From the NCBI GenBank assembly GCA_023511535.1, contig JAIMBK010000004.1, positions 340 to 64,339 on the forward strand: DNA of 64,000 nt, written 5' to 3'. Positions 1 through 8,785 of the stretch are shown here, piece after piece. Below the pieces are notes generated by a model. The model was not told where the DNA came from. It worked only from the letters and a program-made list of their open reading frames with translations, and searched no databases. Position numbers and translations under genes: made by a program. Origin of the DNA: Armatimonadota bacterium (GTDB lineage Bacteria; Bacillota; Desulfotomaculia; Desulfotomaculales; Nap2-2B). Every line of letters begins with the position of its first letter. The first letter of the stretch is position 1.

Positions 1-23
1 TCCATGATTTCCTCTTCTTTCGC

Positions 24-554
24 CTAATCTTTTTGGGTCAGGCGGGCAACGGTATCAATTACCTTTTGCCACCCAAACTGGTCGATCAATGATTCCAGTC
101 CCGTTTCCAGTTCGTCCAGCTTCACTTCTTCTTCGGCTTCTTCTTCCCTTTCTTCGTAAGTCAGGGCGTCGGCCAGGCACCATTGAACGCACATTGGTTT
201 TTCAAGCGGTGGATCGTCTTCACAGCTGTCACATTTTAGAGGAAGTCCCGAATCCGGCTCTTTGAAAAGGTCCCTGGATGGACAGGAGGCCCCACAGAAG
301 ACGCACTCGTCATACTCTGTTCCGTTGATAATGTATTTGTTTCTGCTCGCACATTCCGCAGGAGTATAAAAGCTGGAAAAAACCGGAATATAAACATTCC
401 TGAGCGGGTCAAAATGTATCCTGATTCTGGATCTGGCAGTATTACTACTGCTATACTTTGGTTTGGCGTGAAAGGCGGAACAGATTACCTCGCAAGCTCG
501 ACAACCATTGCATTTTTCAGCATCAATCTTGATTACTTTTATCTTCTTTTTCAT
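24..554 (-). CDS. bamC: Poly-[4Fe-4S] ferredoxin-like electron-transfer subunit, BamC-like partner of the adjacent tungsten AOR-family enzyme
   Basis: This is ORF 24..578. The internal ATG at 554 lies 1 nt after the upstream stop (TAA 556-558) and has a GAAGGGGA SD. Cys clusters are CNGCRACEVIC, CVFCGASCP and CDSCE..CVQWC. An acidic C-terminal tail is present. Confidence 0.55.
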   Translation of the reverse strand: MKKKIKVIKIDAEKCNGCRACEVICSAFHAKPKYSSSNTARSRIRIHFDPLRNVYIPVFSSFYTPAECASRNKYIINGTEYDECVFCGASCPSRDLFKEPDSGLPLKCDSCEDDPPLEKPMCVQWCLADALTYEEREEEAEEEVKLDELETGLESLIDQFGWQKVIDTVARLTQKD

Positions 555-555
555 T

Positions 556-2517
556 TTACAAAATTCCCCTTCGTTCAAATTCCTCTCCGACGAAGTCGAG
601 ACCTAATTCATTCAATGTCTCTTTAGTAGGGATGCCTTCCTTATTCCAACCCCTGAATTGATAATACTCATCCTGTAACTTTGACTCGTAATCAGGGAAC
701 CTTTTCTTCCAGTGATCGTCTGGAGGACGTTCGTCCTTTCTTCTTAAGCCTCTTATAATGTTATTGGCTCTAACCATATTCCGGTTTCGCCGGGCTATTT
801 TCCACAGTTCTGCATCATCGAGGTCCAACCCGGCTGCCGCCGAGATGATTTGTGGTAAATTGTTTATATGGTACGGAGGTTTGATGGGAAAAGACGACAG
901 ACCTGCACAGATTCCCGTGCTATCGTCAATGTAATGCATGGTCTCCTGCCATTCAACCAGTTTACAAATCAAGTCGGGAGGCGGGTAAAACGGCAACGCA
1001 TATTCTCCCCGTGGTTCCCATTTCAAAATAAACTCCTTAAATTCCTTTTCATACCAACGCGGAAGGTGGGGCCAATCTGCCACAAACTCCTCTCTCACCT
1101 CTTTCGGAAGAGGTGCCTGGGGAATTTGCCCTTCAATTTGGGTGATATTTGACTTTTCTCCCGTAGCGTACATAAGGTAATAGATGGGATTAAGCATGCC
1201 CAGCTTAATGACCATCTGCTCATGTTTCCTGGTGGTATTATGATCAAAGGCCTCCGCCCCTTTGCCGATCTTGCGGGCTGCCCAGTATACCCCATCGGCC
1301 AGGATATCTCCGATACCTTCTCTTCTGACGATCTTATCCAGTAACCAGAAAAATCTCTCCTCGTTACTGGAGGGGAATCCCGGCATATCCCTGTCGGTCA
1401 AAATACCGGCTTCGTAAAGTTCAATCGCAAAAGCCATCACCTGGGGCGTTGTAAATCCATCTACTCCATACTCCTGGGCAAGACCGGCAATTCTGAAACC
1501 AAAGGCAAGATCATCTGCCATGGCCGCCATTACGTAGGTAAGTTTTGAGTAGCATTTCATCATGTATCTTTCAAGTTCCGGGTGGCGGATTATTCCTCCG
1601 CATTTCATTGGACAGTTATAGCAACTTATCAACCGCTCGACTGCACTGTCCTGAATCTCCTTCCATCGCTTTGCAATCTCCTCGGTCCAAAAATCTTTTC
1701 TCCTGTGGCGTGCATGCCCCCAGGAGAAACCTGTGGTGTGCCATTCCTCATCGTGGATTGCCATCTCCTGGGGCGAACCAATGTAGGCCAGAATAGGCGG
1801 CACCCCTTTAATGGGATGTTCCCTTCGCCATTCTATATATTTTAAAATTCCATTACAAAGTTCTATAAACCCGGCAGGCCGGGCAATATTCAGATCCTTT
1901 GTTCCCCGGACCGCGATCGCCTTTACTCCCTTGTCTCCCATAATGGCGCCCAGCCCCAATCGACTGGCGCTTGATCTCATGTGTTCAATGGAGGCAAAAT
2001 GTACCCTGTTTTCGCCGGCGAGACCAATTGCAAGTACCTGGATTTTGGGGTCTTTCAGCTCCTCCCGGATAAGTCGTGCGGTTTCGATGGCACCCTTCCC
2101 CTTTAAATGAGATGCATCACGGATTTCTACTTTGTCATTGTTTATCCACAGATATACAAGACGGGGAGATTTGCCGCGGATGATTACTTTGTCGTAACCG
2201 GCCTGCTTCAATTCAGGCGCCCAAAACCCTCCCATCATTGAATACGCCATAAAAAGAGTCTGGGGAGAAAAGGACGAAACAATGGTCCGGTTAGCTCCCG
2301 GGGCAGGTGTACCACATAAAAGACCAGTGCTAAAGATCAAAAGATTATCGGGTGAAAATGGTTCTACTTCAGGAGGAACCCTATCCCATAATATCCTGGC
2401 GCTGGTACCCAGCCCCCCCAGGTGAAGTTCGGTTAATCTTGGGTCGGTTTCTACTCTTTCAATGCTTCCCCGGGATAGATCAATTTCTAAATTATACCCT
2501 GTTTCTGCGTACCTCAT
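556..2517 (-). CDS. bamB: Tungsten/molybdopterin aldehyde:ferredoxin oxidoreductase family protein, BamB-like (active-site subunit of class II ATP-independent benzoyl-CoA reductase)
   Basis: The 653-aa ORF has N-terminus MRYAETGYNLEIDL..LGGLG, the motifs ISCYNCPMKCG and MMKCYSKLTY, and AOR domain order throughout. Length and N-terminus match my recollection of Geobacter BamB. The BamB subfamily assignment was not checked by alignment. Confidence 0.6.
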   Translation of the reverse strand: MRYAETGYNLEIDLSRGSIERVETDPRLTELHLGGLGTSARILWDRVPPEVEPFSPDNLLIFSTGLLCGTPAPGANRTIVSSFSPQTLFMAYSMMGGFWAPELKQAGYDKVIIRGKSPRLVYLWINNDKVEIRDASHLKGKGAIETARLIREELKDPKIQVLAIGLAGENRVHFASIEHMRSSASRLGLGAIMGDKGVKAIAVRGTKDLNIARPAGFIELCNGILKYIEWRREHPIKGVPPILAYIGSPQEMAIHDEEWHTTGFSWGHARHRRKDFWTEEIAKRWKEIQDSAVERLISCYNCPMKCGGIIRHPELERYMMKCYSKLTYVMAAMADDLAFGFRIAGLAQEYGVDGFTTPQVMAFAIELYEAGILTDRDMPGFPSSNEERFFWLLDKIVRREGIGDILADGVYWAARKIGKGAEAFDHNTTRKHEQMVIKLGMLNPIYYLMYATGEKSNITQIEGQIPQAPLPKEVREEFVADWPHLPRWYEKEFKEFILKWEPRGEYALPFYPPPDLICKLVEWQETMHYIDDSTGICAGLSSFPIKPPYHINNLPQIISAAAGLDLDDAELWKIARRNRNMVRANNIIRGLRRKDERPPDDHWKKRFPDYESKLQDEYYQFRGWNKEGIPTKETLNELGLDFVGEEFERRGIL

Positions 2518-2883
2518 TTTTAAACACCTCTTAAGTATCTTTTAACCCTTCAGGACATCTTAAACAGTCACAGCCTTGAAGCTGCGCCGCATACAGCATT
2601 TCCTCCGGTATATGGAAGCAAAAGCAGCCGGTCGCTTTCCCGCCCCCAAATAACCCAACAATTGCCGTCCCCTGTGGTTCAGAGCTGACTACTCTAATTG
2701 TAAGTAGATTGTAAAGGAAAGAGAGATTAAATAAAATCGCTTAAAAGCATGAAAGCCAGGTTAAACAGCGGGTGAAATGAGGATTAACCTTTTTTGGTTA
2801 CGGGGAGCAGTTTTTGATAATCAGCGGTGGCGGGTGGGCGGTTCTGGTTTGGGTTATTAGTCACGATGCCGGTATTCAGCCAC

Positions 2884-4074
2884 CTATACTAAAAACAAAT
2901 CCCTTTCAGTAACAGATAAAATTTCACACCCATTTTCTTTAATTAAAACCATGTCTTCCAGTTTTACCGCCCCATGTTCCGGGTGCGTCAAATGAATTTC
3001 AATCGTTATTACAAAATTACTTCTCAAGACAAAGTCCGATCTTTCAAATAATATAGGTGGCTCATTAGCATCCAGGCCTATTCCGTGACCAATAAAGTTG
3101 CCCTTCCTCGGTTCCAACCCCAGAAAATAATCTTCGACGCCTAAGCGCCGGGCACAGGCATACGCTGTCCCAAATAACTCACTACACTTTATTCCGTCTT
3201 TTAAAGAAGCGAGGACATGATCTGAAATATCCCTGAGAGATTTAAATAAATCTGTAACCTCTGCACCGGCCTTACCCAAAACATATGTACGCGTTTCATC
3301 ACAATGATAACCCTGGTGACAGGTAGGTATATCGACTATAATTATATCTCCGCTTTTTATTTTCCTTAAAGACGGTCCCGCGGGTACCGCCGGACTAAGA
3401 CCGATACCGGTAATTGTATTCGAAAAACCACTTACTTTAAACAAGTTTTCACCGGAAGAAAGCGGGCCACGGCTGATATAAAAATCAAAATTTCGCATCG
3501 ACAATATTCCTTCGTGCCCTGCTTTTCGATGGGCATATTCAACTTCCGCCGCAAGTTCCAGCTCTGTCATTCCTTCCGAAAGCACTTCCAGAACTCTTTG
3601 GTGGCCGGCATTCATTATCTTGCACGCCGTTCTAATTAAGTCGATTTCATCCTGATCCTTTTTCATTCTCTGCCTTATTATTTCTTCGGAAATATTAACG
3701 GGTTTGAAATCGGCAAATATTTTCATTATCTTTAAAAACAGTTCTGCAGGGAGAACATCCATTTCCAGCCCCAATTTCCCCTTCTTTATGCCTGCTTCAT
3801 TCAATCTTAACAATACTTCCTTGAAACTGCCGTTTTTTAGTATTTTACTGGCGTCTATCCAAGTCTCGTTCAACACAAAGTCTAACGCCCTTCTTACAAT
3901 CAAAAAATAATCGGTTTGGGTTACTGCTAAAATACAAGGCTGGGCTGTTCCGGTATAATAAAAAATATCCCTGGAAAGAACCAGGACAGCCGCATCTACT
4001 TCCAGCTCCGAAAGTCTTTTTTGAAAAATTTTTAATCTCATCGTCTTATCCTTACTTATCATTTCTGAAACCAC
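2884..4074 (-). CDS. M24 family metallopeptidase (Xaa-Pro aminopeptidase / creatinase-like)
   Basis: The 396-aa ORF has a creatinase-type N-domain and a pita-bread C-domain (HGIGLDANEPP, ITIEI). The gene is markedly AT-rich relative to the rest of the window. Confidence 0.7.
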   Translation of the reverse strand: MVSEMISKDKTMRLKIFQKRLSELEVDAAVLVLSRDIFYYTGTAQPCILAVTQTDYFLIVRRALDFVLNETWIDASKILKNGSFKEVLLRLNEAGIKKGKLGLEMDVLPAELFLKIMKIFADFKPVNISEEIIRQRMKKDQDEIDLIRTACKIMNAGHQRVLEVLSEGMTELELAAEVEYAHRKAGHEGILSMRNFDFYISRGPLSSGENLFKVSGFSNTITGIGLSPAVPAGPSLRKIKSGDIIIVDIPTCHQGYHCDETRTYVLGKAGAEVTDLFKSLRDISDHVLASLKDGIKCSELFGTAYACARRLGVEDYFLGLEPRKGNFIGHGIGLDANEPPILFERSDFVLRSNFVITIEIHLTHPEHGAVKLEDMVLIKENGCEILSVTERDLFLV

Positions 4075-4431
4075 CTTTCCTAATTTTTATGAGTTTTTTA
4101 TTTTTATGACTATTCGTTAATATATCAGGTGGACGTATGTTAGTTCACATGCCCTCCAAAAACATTATAGAAGAAAAAAATGGTGCCGAAAATCACTCCA
4201 AAGAACGGAAAAAGTTATATCCTGAGCTGGCTTCCAGGGGTAATTCGATAGAGTGATTTTAATTCACCCGGGTGATTTTTTACCCGGCAAGCAGGAATTA
4301 ATTTTAAAGTGTCTAAAAATATAAGCGGTAAGCATAAAAAGAAGGTTTTCGGACAAAGCAATTAAATCTTATAATTATCTAAAAGAATCAACTCTCCTCA
4401 TCCAAAAGGTTTAGCTTGAGAGCGTAGCGAG

Positions 4432-6111
4432 GTGATCTGTGTGCAGGAACCCGAATTATTGTTTGTCTGTAAAATAAATTCCAGCTTTAAAATTTCCAAA
4501 AGACTTCAGAACAATTTGCGGGAAGTTTTAAAGTCGGCCGTCGATTATTATGAATTTTCCTCCGCCGGCCTGCTCATTTTTGCCGACAAAACCCTGCTGG
4601 CCAGCCTAAAGTCAGCCCGGGTCCCCGGAGAAAGCAAAGACAGGCCGGCTGCCGACCATACCGCCCTTTATCTTCAGGAATTTAACCGGCATGCCGGGCG
4701 GACGGACGTCATGGCCCTTTTGCAACCCTCCTTTTCGACTGCGATTCCGGTGGTGCTGCGGGCTTTTGACCCGCTCAGCATCATGGAAATCGCCGTTTTC
4801 AAGATGTCTATGGATAACCCCGTAAACCCGGCCAACAAGGCGATTTCCCTGGGCAGGCATATTGCCAACATCCTGCAGGAATCCGTTTACCGGGGGCAAA
4901 AGCACGGCGCCTTAAGAAAGCTGTCCCTCTGGATGGAAACTGTCTGCACCATTAACTCTGTTTTAAATCTGAAACAGGTTCTCCACGTTGTGGCCCAGCT
5001 GGCGGCGGACATTTTCAACGCCCGCTGCGCAATCTTCCTGTTCGACGAACAAAAGGGCGCGATCATCCCGGAGGTGGCCGTGGGCAGCTACGATCCGGAA
5101 CTGCGCAAAAAATTCAAGGCCCAAAAAGGGCTGCCCCCTTTTCCGGCTTTTGTAAAAATTATCAAGGAAAAAGAACCGCTGATTTTAACTCCCGACAACA
5201 TCAAAAGCGGTCTGCCCGAAGAAATCATCAACGACTTCTCCTACAGCTGGGTTATTATGTTCCCGCTCGTGACCAAAGAAAGGGTTTTGGGGGTCATGCA
5301 ACTGGACCGGCCCCTGGAAGCCAAAGGTTTTGACCAGGAAGAGGTGGCCATCATCTCCGCCCTGGCCAAAGAAGCCTCCATCGCCATCGAAAACGCCCGC
5401 CTCGTGGAACACCTGGAGCAGAAGGAAAAACTCCTCCAGCAGATTCTGGCCAAGTCCATCGCCGCCCAGGAAGAAGAACGCAAACGGGTGGCCTCGGAAA
5501 TCCACGACGGCGTGATCCAGGCGATTTTGGGAATCTGGTACCGGCTGCAGAAGCTGACCAACGAAAGCGCCCCCGGCGAGGAAGTCCGGCAGGAACTGGT
5601 CAAGATCCGGGATTTACTGGGCCAGCAGATTAAAGATATCCGGAAAATCATTTATAATTTGCGGCCGGTCATCTTAGATACGTACGGCCTGGGCCCGGCC
5701 ATCCGCACCCTGCTCCGGAACCTGCAGGAGGAAAGCGCAATTAAATTTGAACTGGCCATGGAAGGCCCCAGCCAGCGCCTGCCGGCCCGGTTCGAAATGA
5801 ACCTTTACCGCATCCTCCAGGAACTGCTGGCCAACGTGATCAAGCATTCGCAGGCCACCAAGGCCCAGGTGATTTTAATTAACGGGAAAGAAAAAACTGT
5901 TTTGGTGGTCAAAGACAACGGCGTGGGATTTAATTACACCCCCCCGGCAAGGAACAGGTCATACGGAAACCTTGGACTGGCCAGCGTTCAGGAGCGTGTG
6001 CACCTGCTGGGCGGAACGTGCCAGATCGAATCCCGGTTAGGGTGGGGAACTACAATAACCGTCACCATCCCGACGCCGGCACCGAATCCATTAGAGAGAC
6101 AAATAAGCTAA
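4432..6111 (+). CDS. Cytoplasmic GAF-domain sensor histidine kinase, HisKA_3/NarX-LiaS type
   Basis: The 559-aa ORF has a GTG start. Its H-box is EEERKRVASEIHDGVIQ and it ends in an HATPase_c tail (DNGVGF..GLASVQERV). No obvious TM segments were seen. Confidence 0.75.
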   Translation: MICVQEPELLFVCKINSSFKISKRLQNNLREVLKSAVDYYEFSSAGLLIFADKTLLASLKSARVPGESKDRPAADHTALYLQEFNRHAGRTDVMALLQPSFSTAIPVVLRAFDPLSIMEIAVFKMSMDNPVNPANKAISLGRHIANILQESVYRGQKHGALRKLSLWMETVCTINSVLNLKQVLHVVAQLAADIFNARCAIFLFDEQKGAIIPEVAVGSYDPELRKKFKAQKGLPPFPAFVKIIKEKEPLILTPDNIKSGLPEEIINDFSYSWVIMFPLVTKERVLGVMQLDRPLEAKGFDQEEVAIISALAKEASIAIENARLVEHLEQKEKLLQQILAKSIAAQEEERKRVASEIHDGVIQAILGIWYRLQKLTNESAPGEEVRQELVKIRDLLGQQIKDIRKIIYNLRPVILDTYGLGPAIRTLLRNLQEESAIKFELAMEGPSQRLPARFEMNLYRILQELLANVIKHSQATKAQVILINGKEKTVLVVKDNGVGFNYTPPARNRSYGNLGLASVQERVHLLGGTCQIESRLGWGTTITVTIPTPAPNPLERQIS

Positions 6112-6145
6112 GGATCAGGCCTTAACTTATCGAAGCGAGTTCAAT

Positions 6146-6171
6146 CCGGAATTCGCTTTAGCGAATTCCGG
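6146..6171 (+). other. Perfect 11-bp stem / 4-nt loop hairpin between the kinase and regulator genes
   Basis: The sequence is CCGGAATTCGC-TTTA-GCGAATTCCGG. No T-tract follows it. The next bases are the CGACGACTG direct repeats at 6178-6200. Confidence 0.6.
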
Positions 6172-6219
6172 CTATCCCGACGACTGACGACCGACGACTG
6201 TTTTCAGGAGGTGTTCCCG

Positions 6220-6894
6220 ATGTCCACCATCAAACTGCTCATCGTCGACGACCACCTGATGATCAGGGAAGGGCTGGTGGCCATGCTCAGTTCTTATCCG
6301 GATCTGCAAATTGCCGGCTCTTGCGAAAGCGCTTTCGAGGCGCTGGAATTTCTCGCCCATACTGTTCCCGACGTGATTTTAATGGACATTAAAATGAAGG
6401 ATAAAAACGGGCTGGACGCCACCCGGGAAATTAAAGCAAAATTTCCCGAGGTCAAAGTGCTCATCCTGACCATCTACGAAGATATGGAGTCGGTCCGGCT
6501 TTCCCTGCAGGCCGGCGCCGCCGGTTACCTCTTAAAGCAGGTTTCCCAGGAAAAACTGGCCGAAAGCATCAAAAGGGTCTACCACGGGGAAACCGTGATC
6601 GACCCTTCCTTAATCGGACAGCTGGTCAACGATTACGCCAAAATGACCCAGGGCTTTTTAACCCAGCTGAAAAGCCGGGTGGAACTTGAAGGCAAGGGCC
6701 TTACGCCCCGGGAAAACGAGGTACTGAAATATCTGGCCCAGGGGCTGACCAACAAGGAAATCTCCAGTAAAACCCATCTGGCCATCGACACCGTCAAGAC
6801 TCACCTGCGGAGCATTTACCGGAAACTGGGGGTAAAAAACCGCTCCCAGGCGATTACCCTGCTGAACAGGCAAAATAAGGCCTTCGAGATTTGA
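6220..6894 (+). CDS. NarL/LuxR-family response regulator (REC + HTH_LuxR)
   Basis: The N-terminus MSTIKLLIVDDH is preceded by an AGGAGG SD 7 nt upstream of the ATG at 6220. The C-terminal LuxR HTH reads LTPRENEVLKYLAQGLTNKEIS. Confidence 0.85.
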   Translation: MSTIKLLIVDDHLMIREGLVAMLSSYPDLQIAGSCESAFEALEFLAHTVPDVILMDIKMKDKNGLDATREIKAKFPEVKVLILTIYEDMESVRLSLQAGAAGYLLKQVSQEKLAESIKRVYHGETVIDPSLIGQLVNDYAKMTQGFLTQLKSRVELEGKGLTPRENEVLKYLAQGLTNKEISSKTHLAIDTVKTHLRSIYRKLGVKNRSQAITLLNRQNKAFEI

Positions 6895-6962
6895 TCAGGG
6901 CTGCCGGATCAGGACCGGCCGGATTTAAGAGCGGCAATTCCCCCGGTCGGTTACAATCACCC

Positions 6963-8156
6963 TCAGGACACCTTGACGACCAGGGCCGCACCGGTATCCC
7001 CGGCCGCACATCCCGTAAACAGCCCGTAACCGCCCCCGAGGATAACCAGCTCTTCAATCATTTCAATAATTCCACGGCCGGCGGTAGGTCCCTGGGGATG
7101 TCCGTAAATAAGTGAAGAACCGTAATTATTGAATTTCATGACGTCAATGTTCATTTCCCGGGCAAGGTATAGATCGTTGGCCGCAAAGGGATTATGCGTC
7201 TTGATAGCCCTGACGTCCCCGATGTCAATCCCCGCTTTTTCCAGCGCCATTCTTGCCGCCGGTACCACGGCCATCGCCATATGAGCCTTGAGGGCGCGGG
7301 CAAAACCATAGGAAACTACCTGTATTTCGATGCTGCTGTCGGCACTGAGTTCCCGCGCTTTTTCCCGGGTGGTTAAAATAATTCCACAGTTGCCGTCGGC
7401 CGGGTGGGTTTGGGCGCCGAATGAGTGTACCCCTCCCTCAATAACCGGTTTCAATCTGGCCAGTCCTTCCCTGGTTGTGGGAACCACGCCTTCGTCCGCT
7501 TCAAGTAACGCGGTTTCTTTTTTGCCCTTTTTATATTCCACGGGAAACATGTAACGCTTCTGGAACTCCCGGTCATTGGCCAGGGCGTCCTGGTACTGCT
7601 CGTAACGTCTATAGGTTACCTCATCGCAGTCTTCTTTGGTAATCCCGCCCACCTTTTTAACCACGTTTTCCGCCGTCTGGATCATGGCGACCCCTCCCCA
7701 GGGATCTTTATTGAAGTTGTCCATCATCCAGTCCTCCGAAATTACCTCCCCGCCGGGACCCATGGGATTGGGCCAGATAGTGTGCGGGCCGTTGGAACAA
7801 CGGTCTGTCATCAGGCAGAATACAGTTTTGTAAAGACCTGTTTCAATGCCCGCCGCTGCCAGACTTATACAGGTGGTGGAGGTGGAACACGCCTGCGGGA
7901 TATGACAGCCGGGAATTTCCGTAGCTCCCATGAGGGCGGCCGCCCAGGGGGCGGCGTAAAAGGTGTGCAGTTGCCCGATGGTTTTCCCCAAATAGAGGTA
8001 TTCAAATATCTTTGCATCCAGATCCTTTGCCGCCAGCCACCTCCTGGCGGTTATCGCCCCTAATTCGATGGCGTTTTCATTTTGCAGGCTCCCCTGCCAG
8101 CGGGCGAAGGGGGAACTGAAGTATCCGCGGTAAGGAATAAATGCTTTTGAGTACAT
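6963..8156 (-). CDS. Thiolase-family acyl-CoA acetyl/acyltransferase
   Basis: The 397-aa ORF has the catalytic Cys context QACSTS and the C-terminal motifs GHPQGPTAG and GCAAGDTG. It is the last gene of the 9-gene operon. Confidence 0.7.
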   Translation of the reverse strand: MYSKAFIPYRGYFSSPFARWQGSLQNENAIELGAITARRWLAAKDLDAKIFEYLYLGKTIGQLHTFYAAPWAAALMGATEIPGCHIPQACSTSTTCISLAAAGIETGLYKTVFCLMTDRCSNGPHTIWPNPMGPGGEVISEDWMMDNFNKDPWGGVAMIQTAENVVKKVGGITKEDCDEVTYRRYEQYQDALANDREFQKRYMFPVEYKKGKKETALLEADEGVVPTTREGLARLKPVIEGGVHSFGAQTHPADGNCGIILTTREKARELSADSSIEIQVVSYGFARALKAHMAMAVVPAARMALEKAGIDIGDVRAIKTHNPFAANDLYLAREMNIDVMKFNNYGSSLIYGHPQGPTAGRGIIEMIEELVILGGGYGLFTGCAAGDTGAALVVKVS

Positions 8157-8175
8157 AAAAATGCCTCCCTATTAA

Positions 8176-8769
8176 TTATTTATTTTTTGCCGTCATTTCC
8201 CGCCCCGCCTGAAAAGCCTTTACGTTCAACTCCTTGAACTTCGGGGGGACCATTTCCTCGATGACGGCCCGCCAGATTTCGACGGGTTCGGCTAAATAAT
8301 TCGATAGGGTGCCGAGCAGCACCACTCCCGCCACGGCCGGGCTGCCCAACTCCCGGGCCTTCGCCGCCCCTTCGACCCAGACCACCCGGGCGCCGGCCTG
8401 GCTTAAGATATCCTCTATTTCCTTTTCTTCCGGATATCTGGCCTGGCCCAGGTTCACTGCGGGGGGCATGATCCGGTGGCGGTTCACCAGGGCCGTCGCC
8501 CCGGGGGCCAGGAAGTGGGGCCAGCGGGCCGCCTCCAGCATTTCAAACCCCAAAAGGTAGTCCGCGCTCCCTTCTTCAATTAAAGGGGAGTAGACCTTTT
8601 CCCCCCAGCGGACGTGGCTCTCCACCGCCCCACCCCGCTGGGACATGCCGTGGACCTCCGACTTTTTCACGGCGTACCCGCAGCGCAGGCCCACTTCCGC
8701 TAAAATATCGCTGGCCAGGATGGTGCCCTGCCCGCCCACGCCGGCAAAGAGAAAGTCGATCTTTTTCAT
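8176..8769 (-). CDS. iorB: Indolepyruvate (arylpyruvate):ferredoxin oxidoreductase beta subunit
   Basis: The 197-aa ORF starts MKKIDFLFAGVGGQGTILASDIL. It lies directly downstream of iorA. Confidence 0.85.
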   Translation of the reverse strand: MKKIDFLFAGVGGQGTILASDILAEVGLRCGYAVKKSEVHGMSQRGGAVESHVRWGEKVYSPLIEEGSADYLLGFEMLEAARWPHFLAPGATALVNRHRIMPPAVNLGQARYPEEKEIEDILSQAGARVVWVEGAAKARELGSPAVAGVVLLGTLSNYLAEPVEIWRAVIEEMVPPKFKELNVKAFQAGREMTAKNK

Positions 8770-8785
8770 CTGTTCACCTCCAAAA

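Noticed and set aside
4253-4267. GTGA-N7-TCAC palindrome (CRP/FNR/Rex-like) in the divergent region between the peptidase and the kinase
   Set aside because: The spacing is one base longer than the TGTGA-N6-TCACA class, and the flanking bases do not match. It is probably coincidental in AT-rich DNA.
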